Shown here: positions 24,818 to 37,106 of the stretch, piece by piece
Position numbering within the stretch: the stretch's first letter is position 1
Layout: each line of letters begins with the position of its first letter
Origin: Octopus sinensis
Lineage: Eukaryota
Assembly (NCBI RefSeq): GCF_006345805.1
Contig: NC_043022.1
Coordinates: 9,176,001-9,240,000, forward strand
Direction of reading: 5' to 3'
Length of the DNA: 64,000 bases
Notes under the pieces: generated by a model
Told to the model about the DNA's origin: nothing
Seen by the model: only the letters and a program-made list of their open reading frames with translations
The model's database searches: none
Made by a program: the position numbers and the translations under genes

Positions 24818-25097
24818 ATATATATACATACACACACACACACATCATCATCATCATTTAACACCTGTTGTCCATGGGTTGGATGGTCTGACCAGGGCTG
24901 GTTAGCTGGAAGGCTGCACCAGACTCCAGTCTGATTTGGCATGGTTTTCTATGGCTGGATGCCCTCCTAATGCCAACCACTCTGAGAGTGTATTGGATGC
25001 TTTTACGTCCCACTAGCACGGGTACCATCTGCCACGACTGCAATTTTACTGGGTCTTCTTCTGAAGCACGACATAATGCCAAAGGTCTCAGTCATAT

Positions 25098-25151
<54 letters not shown>

Positions 25152-25439
25152 CACACACACACACACAAATTGAGGGACTGCAGAAGGTAAAATCCAGGCT
25201 ACATATGTTTCCTGGCTAGCAGATCCTCTGATGTAATAATTACTTAATGAGGGGTGGTCACCTAGCTACTCTTCAAGCCAAAGATACCTACCTTAACTAT
25301 ATGAAGATTACATTATCATTAAGGAATCCCAAGTTAACTCACCAAAGATATAATTTGAAAAAAAAAAAAATTATATTCATATATATTCATATATATGTAT
25401 ATATATATATATAATATAATATATATATATATATATATA

Positions 25440-25810
25440 GGCACAGGAGTGGCTGTGTAAGTAGCTTGCTTACCAACCACATGGTTCCAGGTTCAGTCCC
25501 ACTGCATGGGCAAGTGTCTTCTACTATAGCCTTGGGCCGACCAAAGCCTTGTGAGTTGATTTGGTAGATGGAAAGTGAAAGAAACCTGTCATGTGTGAGT
25601 GTGTGTGTGTGTGTGTGTATTTTTGTGTCTGTATTTGTCTCCCTAACATCACTTGACAACTGATGCTAGTGTGTTTATGTCCCCATGACTTAGAGACTGA
25701 TAGAATAAGTGCTAGGTTTACAAAGAATAAGTCTTGAGGTTGATTTCAACTAAAGGCGGTGCTCCAGCATGGCCGCAGTCAAATGACTGAAACAAATAAA
25801 ACAAATGAAA
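25440..25810 (+). mobile_element. SINE family A
   Basis: A/B boxes, body and tail. Confidence 0.85.
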
Positions 25811-26722
25811 GAAAAAAATAAGAATATATATATTTAAACACACACACATACACATGCCAATGTATAATATGTTAATTTCTAACCAATCCCAGATGCCTAA
25901 AGATGATGAAGAATTTAAATCACCAGAGATCAACATTACTGAATTGAAATAAAATATCATTATTGGAATTTTTCTGACTCTTTAATCTAAACACTAGAAG
26001 TAAATTATGTCATAAAATACATACTTAATTATTTCTGTAATTAATTCCTGAAACTGTATACCACCGGACTGGATACATTTTACTTGCTTATAAAATTACA
26101 TTTAAATCTTTCATGTTTTAAGAAATTTCTACTAAATTTTATATTTGCTAAGTTTGTTCAGAGAGAAAACAATTTTTAATTTGATTTTATAATTTCATGT
26201 TTGGATAATTATCAAGAACTAAAGAAGAAAACAATAGCTGTTTCTTCTGTTTTGTTTAGTTTTTGATCAGTGTAATACTGATTTCAAGTTTTGGCACAAG
26301 GCCAGCAATTTTGGGGAAGGGACTAGGTTCATTATTACATTGGCCCCAGTACTAAACTGGTATCTATTTCATCAACACAAAAGAGTGAAAGGCAAAGTAA
26401 ACCTCAGCAGAAATTGAACTCAGAACGTTCAGATGGACAAAATGATGCTAAGCAATTTGCCCAGCATACTGACAATTCTGCATGCTTGCTACATTTTTGT
26501 AAAGTCTCAAATTTTAGTAGAAGGCCAGTAATTTCGGTGGAGGGACCAAATGGATTACATTGACCCCAGTGCTGTTCAACTGGTACTTATTTTACTAACC
26601 TTGACAGTATGAAAGATAAAATCAACTGCAGCAGAATTTAAGCTCAAAATGTAAAGCCAGACAAAATGTGATGGTGGGGGGACAAACACAAACACACAAG
26701 CATATATATATATATATAATAG

Positions 26723-26754
<32 letters not shown>

Positions 26755-28717
26755 ATACATACACACACAATGGACTTCTTTCAGTTTCCATCTACCAAAT
26801 CCACTCACAAGGCTTTGGTCTGCCCAAGGCTGTAGTAGAAGACACTTAACCAAGGTGCCACGCAGTGGGACTGAACCCAGAATCGTGTGGTTGGTAAGCA
26901 AGCTACTTAGCACATAGCCACTCCTGCAACTATATATATATAGACTTCTTTCAGTTTCCATCTACCAAAACCACTCACAAGGCTTTGGTCGGCCTGAGGC
27001 TATAGTAGAAGACACTTACCCAAGGTGCCACGCAATGGGAGCGAACCTAGAACCCAGCGAGTTAACTTGGGATTCCTTAACGACAACGTGACAGTCATAT
27101 AATTAAGGTATCTTCGACCTGAGTAGCTAGCTGAGTACTCCTCACTGAATAATTATTACATCAGAGGATGTAATAATACCACTAAGCATTTTACTTGACG
27201 TACTAGTAATTCTGCCAGCTCACCACCTTGTTAATAAGTATTTAGCAATATGTATGAATGTGGTTGTATGGATTGTGGTTTAAGGTCCGTTATATTATGT
27301 GCTCTGTTAAATGAAGTTAGGATGGATATTAATAAACAAATTTAGAGACAAGTTGCAATTGACCACATAGAAATATTTATTACTATTGTTAAAATTAGAT
27401 ACAGCAAACTGGTAGGACATTAATAACTGTCGATACAATGCGTAGTTTTAAATTCTCATAAAAATGAAGATAAGTGAGAAAAACCTGAAGCATAACATCA
27501 TAAAATTTCTGGCTACAATTCTATTTAAATGTTGGTAAGTCACAAAGCAGAATGTCAAGGATGCTGGTTAAAATTACATTCAAGCAGCATGAAATCAAAC
27601 TGTTCTCACATCAAAGATCCAAGGTTGCTCATAGCAAAATTCACCTCCCTCAATTCAATGGGCCAAAATGCTCCCAATTTATAACTGATGTAGACGCTAG
27701 GCTAGTCCATCATGTTAAGGGGTGGACAATCCAAATAAAATTAAATGAACCAAACTGTCATGTGGTGAACCAAAATGGATAGCTAAAAATAAAAAAAAAC
27801 CACAATACGGGCAGCTAAAGTTAAAGAGCTATCATGCTTCCACTATACGTATAATACTATCAACAGTTTCAAATTTCAGTAGGGGACAAATTTATTACAT
27901 TGACCCCAGTGCTCAAATGGTACCTATTTTATCGACCTGATAGGACAAAAGGTAACCCTAACCCTAATCCTAGTGGAATTTGAACTCAGAATATAAAGAC
28001 AGACAAAATGCTGCTAAGCAATTTGCCCAGCATGCTAGTGGTTCTGCCAGCTTGTTGCCTCTTTGATAAATGTAACACTGAGATCAAATCCTTTGAAGGT
28101 CAACTTTACTTTTCATTGTTAGGGGGTTGATCTTCCAAAATTTCACTCACAAGGTATTGATCGACATGATTCAACTGACGTTTTCATCATTTAACATCCA
28201 CAGCTGCAAGATTGAAGCCTGGTGCAGCCATCTGGTTTGCCAGCCCTCAGTCAAATCGTCCAGCCCATGCTAGCATGGAAAGCGGATGTTAGACGATGAT
28301 GATGATGATGATTTCCCATGCTTGCATGAGTTAAATGGAATTTGTTGAAACAGATTTGCTACAGCTGGATGCCCTTTCGGTTGCCAACCTTCATCGACTT
28401 TGCCTTTTATCCTTTCGGGGTTGATAAATTAAGTACCAGTAACGCACTGGGGTCGATGTAATCGACTTAATCCATTTGTCTGTTCTTGTTTGTCCCCTCT
28501 GTGTTTAGCCCCTTGTGGGTAGTAAAGAAATGGGTGCTAGAGGCTACAGTTGAAGACACTTGCCTGAGGCCATAGCATGCCCAAGGTGTCACACTGGAAC
28601 TGAACCCAGGACAATGTGTTTGAGAAGCAAGCTTCTTACCACACATCCACACCCGTGTGTATATGTATATATATGTATATGTATATATATATGTGTGTGT
28701 GTGTGTGTGTATATATA

Positions 28718-28759
<42 letters not shown>

Positions 28760-28762
<3 letters not shown>

Positions 28763-29135
28763 TCTTACTCTCTTTTACTCTTTACTTGTTTCAGTCATTT
28801 GACTGCGGCCATGCTGGAGCACCACCTTTTAGTAATTTCTATCGGTCTCTTTTTGCCGAACCGCTAAGTGACGGGGACGTAACACACCACACATCGGTTG
28901 TCAAGCAATGCTAGGGGGACAAACACAGACACACAAACACACACACACAACATATATATATATATATATATATATACGACAGGCTTCTTTCAGTTTCCGT
29001 CTACAAATCCACTCACAAGGCTTGGTCGGCCCGGGGCTATGCAGAAGACACTTGCCCAAGATGCCACGCAGTGGGACTGAACCCGCAACCGTGTGGTTGG
29101 TTAGCAAGCTACTTACACACAGCCACTCCTGCCCT
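28760..29135 (-). mobile_element. SINE family A, flanked by 5' fragments at 28540-28635 and 29200-29390
   Basis: Family A sequence with several single-base deletions. Confidence 0.85.
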
Positions 29136-29905
29136 ATATGTATATATGTATATATGTATGTATATATATATATATATATTATATTATATATGTATGTGAT
29201 GGTCTTCTTTCAGTTTCCATCTACCAAATCCACTTGCAAGACTTTGGTCAGCCAAGTGCTAGAGGCTACAGTTGGAGACAACTGCACAAGGCTACAGCAG
29301 AAGACACTTGCTCAAGGTGCCACACAGTGGGATTGAACCCAGAACCATGTGGTTGAGAAGCAAGCTTCTTACCACACAGCTATGCCTGGTTCACATCTAT
29401 TGTATAATATGTCTGTAATATACGCAAGCTTGCACACATTAACACAGCAGGATATGCACACACCCATTACACAATATCCCCACACCTACTGCATAACATT
29501 AACATACATACACAAGCTTGCATTGTGTTTTAAATTTTACAGTAACTTGACATACTTACTTTGCTTGTGTGTATGTGTGTTTTTAGATGTGATACATTGT
29601 TGGAACAATACAGAGATGATGGTAATGATGATGATGATGAGGATGACAATGATGATGATTGTTATTATTATTAAAGTGGCAAGCTGGCAGAATTGTTAGC
29701 ACACTGGACGAAATGCTTAGTGGTATTTCACCCATCGCTATGTTCTGAGTTCAAATTCCGCTAAGGTCGTTTTTGTTTTTCATCCTTTCAGGGTTGATAA
29801 ATTAAGTACCAGTGAAACACTGGGGTCAATGTAATCAACTGCCCCCCCCCCCACTCCAAAATTCAGGCCTTGTGCCTATAGTAGAAAGGATTATTATTAT
29901 TGTTA

Positions 29906-29947
<42 letters not shown>

Positions 29948-30300
29948 GGGCAGAAGGCTAGCTGAACAGTCAACATGCCAGGCAAAATGCTTAGCAGTGT
30001 TTTCATCCCTCTTCACGTGAGTTCAAATTCCATCAAGCTCAACTTTGCCTTTCATCCTTTTGGGGTCAGTAAATTAAGTACCAGTAAGGTACCAATAAAT
30101 TAAGGACCAGTGAAACACTGGCATCAATATAATCAACTAGTCCCCTCCCCCACAAATTTCAGGCCTTGTGACTTTAACAAAAAGTCAATGATGTGAGTAC
30201 CAGTTGATGTAAATGTCTAGCACCCTACCGCAAAATTTCATGCCTTGAGCCTATTGCTGAAAGTATTATTATCATTAATATTATTATTTTTGTTATTATT

Positions 30301-30820
30301 GAGTGAGAGAGCAGTGCATGCCATCAAAATGACAAGCAGGTACAAATATATGAAACCCAATAGACCCATCATGACCACTCATCTGATAAAGGTACACCAG
30401 GCACATGCATCACAACCATATGCGCGCGATATGGTGATTTCATATCAAGATAAACAGCACATGACATTGCAGGTGGAGCCCAGTGAGAATTTTCTTCAGG
30501 TTAAGTAGCCCATCTGGCTCAAAAGGCCCCTGAATAAGGATTATTCAAAGATGATGAACAAAACACCCATGTTTCCAGAGGTGAATTATTCAAATCCCTA
30601 AGAATCCTCTCAACACATGGCTGTGATACTCCTCCACAGAGATGCACATATTGTCATCCCCTAAGGGACATACTCAAGGGACAAGCAAATCTGTAGCATT
30701 GAGGAGAATATTTGCTGTAGCCCATCTTTTGCATCAAGACAAAATGTACATGATAACACTTCTAATCAGTTAAGACCAGAAGCCATGAGAGCCACTGCCT
30801 GACAGGCATCAGAGCGTTAT
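30301..30820. mobile_element. Unclassified ~520-bp dispersed element flanked by (TTA)n; partial second copy at 14540-14772
   Basis: Shared TAAGGGACA..CTCAA, GCAAATCTGTAG..TTGAG, TGATAACACTTC.AATCAGTTAAGA.CAGAAGCCATGAGAG; both copies abut TTA-rich tracts. Confidence 0.65.
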
Positions 30821-31454
30821 CATTATTTATTATTATAATGACTACTACTACTACTATACTACTACTACTACTACTACTATTGTTGTTTTGTTATTATTTA
30901 CTGTGAACAGATACTACTGACATAGCAGGATGTCATTTGCTCAAGGCCACATTCCCACATTGTCATTATTTAATTATTTAAATTTCTACTGTTGATATGA
31001 AATAAATGGGTCGTCTCCCCACCCCACCACCACGCCCATCATCCCCTCCCCCACCCTGCAGATTGCTTCTTTTAATTCTGCTGAACCACATCTCTCTTTG
31101 TTGTTGTTGTTCTTGTTTTACAGACCACTAACAAAACAAGCCCTCTGGTCATTTCTCAACCCAGCCACTCTATTCCACCTTGGTCATTATATCAAACCTG
31201 TTTTGTCTCACATTACCATATCAATAACAGTAGGGTGAGTGTGCAAACAAAGGACCCTTTTGTGTAGTCATTTTGCCTGATTTAAATAACAGCCAAATCT
31301 CCTTCAAATTACATACTTTTGCCTTTAAAAAAATTAAGAAGACCAGGACAAATTGCTCTCTATTCCACCTTGATATTTTTATCAAACCTGTGTTGGCTGT
31401 CATTGCCATATAACTAAAGATAGAGTGAACCAACACAAACCTTTTGTGTAGTCA

Positions 31455-31681
31455 GCAAGCTGGCAGAATTGGTAACACGCCAGGTGAAATGCTTAGCTGT
31501 ATTTCGTCTGGCACTACGTTCTGAGTTCAAATTCCACCGAGGTCGACTTTGCCTTTCATCCTTTCGGGGTCGATAAATTAAGTACCAGTTACGCACTGGA
31601 GTCAATGTAATCGACTTAATCCCTTTGTCTGTCCTTGTTTGTCCCCTCTGTGTTTAGCCCCTTGTGGGCAATAAAGAAATA
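31455..31681 (+). mobile_element. SINE family B with 20-bp target-site duplication
   Basis: TSD ACAAACCTTTTGTGTAGTCA at 31435-31454 and 31682-31701. Confidence 0.9.
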
Positions 31682-31962
31682 ACAAACCTTTTGTGTAGTC
31701 ATTTGGATTGATTTAAATCACATGTTTTTGCCTTAGAAGAAAGAAGGCAAGGATACATCACTCTCCATTCCACTTCAATATTTTTATTAAACCTGTATTG
31801 ATTCTCATTGCCATACAACTAAAGATAGGGTAAGTGAGCCAGCACAGAAACTCAAATCACATTTTTTTTACCTTAGAAAAAACAGAAGGCAAGGGGACAT
31901 TGCTCCCCATTTCCCCTTGATGTTTTTATTAAACCTGTGTTGGCTCCCTTTACCATATATAT

Positions 31963-32327
31963 ATTTCTTTACTACCCACAAGGGGCTAAACACAGAGGGG
32001 ACAAACAAGGATAGACAAACAGATTAAGTTGTTTACATCGACCCCAGTGCGTAACTGGTACTTAATTTATTGACCCCGAAAGGATGAAAGGCAAAGTCGA
32101 CCTCGGTGGAATTTGAACTCAGAACGTAGTGCCAGACGGGCCTGATGAAGCCTTCTGGCTTCACAGACCCCAGTAGAACCGTCCAACCCATGCTAGCATG
32201 GAAAACGGACGCTAAACGATGATGATGATGATGATGATGAAAGGATGAAAGGCAAAGTCGACCTCGGCAGAATTTGAACTCAGAACGTAACAGCAGACGT
32301 GCTAATGTTTCTGCCAGCTCACCGCCT
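31963..32327 (-). mobile_element. SINE family B containing a family C 3' fragment (32140-32240)
   Basis: Flanked by CTTTACCATATA direct repeats; internal duplication of AAAGGATGAAAGGCAAAGTCGACCTC. Confidence 0.8.
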
Positions 32328-33561
32328 TTACCATATAACTAATGATAGCTAATGTGGGCGCTTTCTTATGTAGTCATTTGGCATGACTTGAATAGCAGCC
32401 AAATCTCCTTGAAATCACATTGTTTTGCCTTAAAAACGAGAAGACTGGGACATAATGTTTTCCATTCCACCTCGATGTTTTTATGAAACCTGTCTCTGTT
32501 CTCGTTAACATATAACTAAAGATAGGGTGAGTGAGCCAACACAGGAAACTTTTTGTATAGTTACATGGCCTGATTTAAATATCAGCCAAATCTCCTCCAA
32601 GTCACATTTTTTTTGCCTTAGAAAGGCCTTAAAAGGCCAGGAGACATTCAAGAATGCAGTCCTAGGCATGCTATTCATTAAACAACAGAACAAAAATGTA
32701 GTGGGCACAACTGGGCTGCTTTTAATGTTAGACCTGCTCAACCAAGGCTAAGTAACAATGTGCAAGCTTCTACATGGTTGCTTGATCTACTACAAATAAC
32801 AGCCAAGTCTTCTTAAAACTATGCCTTATCAGTTAAAATATCTATTTATATATTTCATTAATATATTTGCAAAAAAGAATACATGTGTATGTGTGTGTGT
32901 TTGCGCATGTGTGTGTGTGTACATATATATATATACGTGTGTGTATTAGGTATATATATGTGTGTGTGTGCATGTATATATGTATATGTATATACATATA
33001 TGTGTGTATATATATGTATATAAGTGTATATATGTATATAAGTGTATATATGTATATATATATGTGTGTGTGTGTGTGTGTGAATATATATGTGTGTGTA
33101 TCTCAGTGTGCTTGTCAACCGGTGTTGGTGTGTTTATGTCCCTGTAACTTAGCAGTTTGGCAAATGAGTCCGATAGAATAAGTACCAGACTTAACAAAGA
33201 ATAAGTACTGGGGTTAATTCACTCAACTCTTCAAGGTGTTGCCCCAGCATGGCCACTGAGAAATGACTGAAAAAAGCAAAATGTAAAAGATATTACACAC
33301 TTGATATAAGCAGAGCCATCTTTGGTTTAGGAGTTTGTTTTTCAACCATGTGATTCCAGGTTCAATACTACAGCATGGTATCTGGTGCAAAGGTCTTCTA
33401 ACAAATACTCAGCAGAAGACACTCGCTCAAGGTGTCACGCAGTGGGTCAGAACCTGAAATCACGTGGTTGCAAAGAAACTTTCTTAACCACACTAGTCAT
33501 GTTTGTACGTCTTATCTGGCAATGTTTCTACAGCTGGATGCCCTTCCTAACGCCAACCACT

Positions 33562-33633
<72 letters not shown>

Positions 33634-34415
33634 ATATGTATGTATGTGTGTGTGTATATGTTTGTGTCTGTGTTTGTCCCCCCAACATCGCTTGACAATG
33701 CTGGTGTGTTTACAACCCTGTAACTTAGCGGTTTGGCAATACAGACCGATGGAATAAGTACTAGGCTTACAAAGAATAAGTCCTGGGGGCGATTTGCTCG
33801 ACTAAAAAGGCGGTGCTCCAGCATGGCCACAGTCAAATGACTGAAACAAGTATAAGAGAGTATGCCCTATTTAAAAAAAAGATATTTTCCAACATTTTAA
33901 TCACATTTTTCTTATACAGAATTAAAGAGTGATTAATTATGGGAATGATTAGCAACTTTTGTGTGTCAGTGTAATCATAAAGAGTAATTTTACTGAGGCG
34001 CTTTCTATTTTTTATCTCTTTTTTTTTGCTTTTGGTCATCGGTCTTTGAACAAGAACCTGTTAGGTCGGTTACATCTTTGCTGTGTAAATCTTTGAATGC
34101 TTTGAACACACCTATGACATGATAAGAGTGCTTGAGGATTATGTTGAAGCTACAAGTATTTTCTCTTTTATCTTTTAATCGTTTCAGTCATCAGGCTATG
34201 GCCATGCTGGGGCACCACCTAGAAGAATTTTAGTTAAATGAATCAACCCCAATACTTATATTCTCCAAGCTTCATACTTACTTAAATGGTCTGTTTTGGT
34301 GAGCCCCATTAAGTTACAGGGATGTAAACACACCAACACTGATGGTCAAGCAATGGTGGGAGACAAACACAGACACACACACACACACATACATAGATAT
34401 ACATGTACTTATATA

Positions 34416-36261
34416 TCTCTTATTATAAAAGGCAGATTTTATCTGCCTCCCTTTGTCTCTTATAGGAATCTACAATATAGGATTTCTTCAATTACAATTT
34501 ACCTAGCATTTTTAAGAGTAGAATGCATCGGGTCGTGCCAGGTACAGTTTTTCAAATTTCAACCCCAATTAAGCAAAATTTCAAGAAAACTCACATTGTG
34601 GTGTGTAAGTGAAGTGCTTTTCTTAGTGTGTGCTACAGCACACACACACACACACACACAAACGGAGCGAAATGCTTCACTCATTCTATCACCCTAATTT
34701 CTCCTCCTATCTCTTTGCAAGTGTGCAACGATTAAAGTGAAAGTATTTATATAAAACGGATCACTCATGCTATCACCATAATTTCTCCCACTTTCTCTTT
34801 GCAAGTGTACCTTACAACACTACTCAAAAACAAAAAAAAAACCAGCAAACAGAAACAAATAAATACATAACGATTTACTCCTCACACAATTTCTTCAATT
34901 ACAGTTTACCTATGATTTTTCAAAGTACTTCCATTCGGTCATGCCATACAAAATTTCTTTCAATTTCACCCCCAATTAAGACAAAATTCGAGAAAACTCA
35001 ATATTTTAACATTTCACTTCGAAGCCTTTACTCTGCATATAACCCCCACTTCCTCTTTACACATAGACACGCAAATATATAAATAAAATTGTAAGCTAAC
35101 GTGTGTGCGTGTGTGTGTGTGAGGGTGCATGTGTGTGTGTGACAGGGATGACCCATTCAGACTGGTCATCCTTTTTGCTAGAAGAAGATCACCTATGCTA
35201 CACCACTGGTTTTCAGTTCATATTCATCAAATTAATATTCACAACAAGAAGGACTATTCATTGTTATACATCAGTTCCACACATTTACCCTGGTTCCATT
35301 TCGGACAACTGCACAAACATTTGCCATTTCACACATGTATGTAAACAAATTCCTTTCTTAAAAATTTCAATTCATTTTCTTTTTCAATTCATACAAAGTT
35401 ATTTACGACGAATATAAGATCTAAAGTATATCCAAGTAGCAGAAAGATCGCCCAAAAGTGTATATAGATATTTAAATGTATTTATATATTCATCTATACA
35501 CAGATGTATGTATAATATGTGTGTATATATTTCCACAGAGGTAACCATTCACTCCATACAAAGTTATTTAGGACGAATTGGATGAATATAAGATCTAAAG
35601 TATATCCAAGTAGCAGAAAGATCGCCCAAAAGTGTAATTAGATATTTAAATGTATTTATATATTCATCTATACACACATGTATGTATAATGTGTGTGTAT
35701 ATATTTCCATAGAGGTAACCATTCACTCCATACAAAGTTATTTAGGACGAATTGGACGAATATAAGATCTAAAGTATATCCAAGTAGCAGAAAGATCGCC
35801 CAAAAGTGTATATAGATATTTAAATGTATTTATATATTCATCTATACACACATGTATGTATAATGTGTGTGTGTATATATTTCCATAGACGTAACCATTC
35901 ACTCCATACAAAGTTATTTAGGACGAAAATAAGACCTAAAGTTATCTCTAAGTAGCAGAAAGATCGCCCAAAAGTGTATATAGATATTTAAATGTATTTA
36001 TATATTCATCTATACACACATGTATGTATAATGTGTGTGTATATATTTCCATAGAGGTAACCATTCACTCCATACAAAGTTTTTTAGGATGAAAATAACA
36101 TCTAAAGTTATCTCTAAGAAGCAGAAAGATCGCCCAAAAGTGTATATAGATATTTAAATGTATTTATATATTCATCTATACACACATGTATGTATAATGT
36201 GCATGTATATATTTCCATAGAGGTAACCATTCAATCCATACAAAGTTTTTTAGGACGAAAA
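34416..36261 (+). mobile_element. Non-autonomous Helitron 5' portion (unit 1 of the array)
   Basis: A^TCTCTTATTATAAAAGGCAGATTTTATCTGCC start; first ~600 bp homologous to 37107-37625; has no 3' hairpin of its own. Confidence 0.8.
35390..36261. repeat. Helitron-internal satellite, five units of 166-174 bp
   Basis: GCAGAAAGATCGCCCAAAAGTG at 35439, 35613, 35787, 35955 and 36121. Confidence 0.95.
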
Positions 36262-37106
36262 TCTTTATATATAAAAGAAAGGTTGTGTGTCTGTCTACTC
36301 CGATTTAGATTCCTAACTACTCCCACATTTTGCGTTGCAGTTTAACCAAAACCGGGTATCTTATAGTCGTGATTCATATCGAGCCCTTCTGGGTATTAGC
36401 GCGCGTCTTTGATGAGTCTACGATTTTACAAATAATTTACCATCATTTTTTCCATTTTAATGCATTTTTTTTTAATAAAGGGAAGTAACTCTCAAACTTC
36501 ACACCAATATGCGTGCTCATATGCAACGTAATATCACATCAGCAGCATTTCCTCACACCCTCCTTGCACTTGGCGAAGGCAAAATACCAGGGGATGAAAC
36601 TGGTAATATTGCCATCGATTCCATTTGTACCTTTGTTAAGACGCCTTCTGATCTCAGAGATGCAGTGTTCCCAGATCTACAAGCTAATTATCAGAATATG
36701 GATTGGATTGGCCAAAGGGCTATTCTGGCCCATAGGAATAAAACTGTTCACCATATTAATGATGAAATGCTAAAACTCATTCCTGGGGAAGTCTATGTAT
36801 ATCAGTCTATCGATACAACTCCTGACCCAGAGGACGTCATCAACTATCCAATAGAGGTACTCAATTCCTTTGAGCACCCCGGACTACCACCACACTTTCT
36901 CAAACTTAAAGTTGGTGCCCCTATAATGCTCATCAGATATTTGGTTCCCCCAAAACAATGCAATGGCACACGTTTGATCGTTAAGTCCTTATCTCCCACC
37001 GTAAACTTATATCAATATTTGCCTGAATAATCATCATAATTCAGTGCAATCATTAACAGTACTTTCAAGCAATTCAGCCCCGAGCAACGCCGGGCAATTC
37101 TGCTAG
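36262..37106 (+). mobile_element. Helitron deletion derivative carrying a PIF1 helicase fragment (unit 2)
   Basis: A^TCTTTATATATAAAAG start; 3' hairpin CCCGAGCAACGCCGGG followed by CTAG (37103-37106). Confidence 0.9.
36509..37030 (+). pseudogene. Helitron RepHel PIF1-family helicase fragment
   Basis: Motifs NMR, LLALGEG, RAILAHRN..VHHIN, YPIEVLNS, GLPPHFLKLKVGAPIMLIR, CNGTRL; lacks Walker A/B and the Rep domain. Confidence 0.9.

Larger units (their letters stand above)
23620..26280. repeat. Pair of ~350-bp diverged inverted repeats (23620-23966 and 25918-26280); possible foldback/long-TIR DNA element filled with SINEs
   Basis: For example TCAGTAATGTCATGCTCTGGTGA vs TCACCAGAGATCAACATTACTGA; CAGGAATTAATTACA vs TGTAATTAATTCCTG; CCAAACATAAAATTATAAAATCAAA vs TTTGATTTTATAATTTCATGTTTGG. 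Confidence 0.7.
31165..32645. repeat. Old tandem array of a ~140-200-bp unit (about 5-6 copies) interrupted by two SINE insertions
   Basis: Recurring TTCCACCTTGAT..TTTATCAAACCTGT ... CCATATAACTAAAGATAGGGT ... AGCCAAATCTCC at about 31168, 31357, 31762, 31903 and 32460. Confidence 0.8.

Noticed and set aside
35390-36261. Regularly spaced repeats (also 47494-48553, 62488-62735, 31165-32645) as possible CRISPR arrays
   Set aside because: Units are contiguous tandem copies with no unique spacers, there are no cas genes, and the context is eukaryotic.
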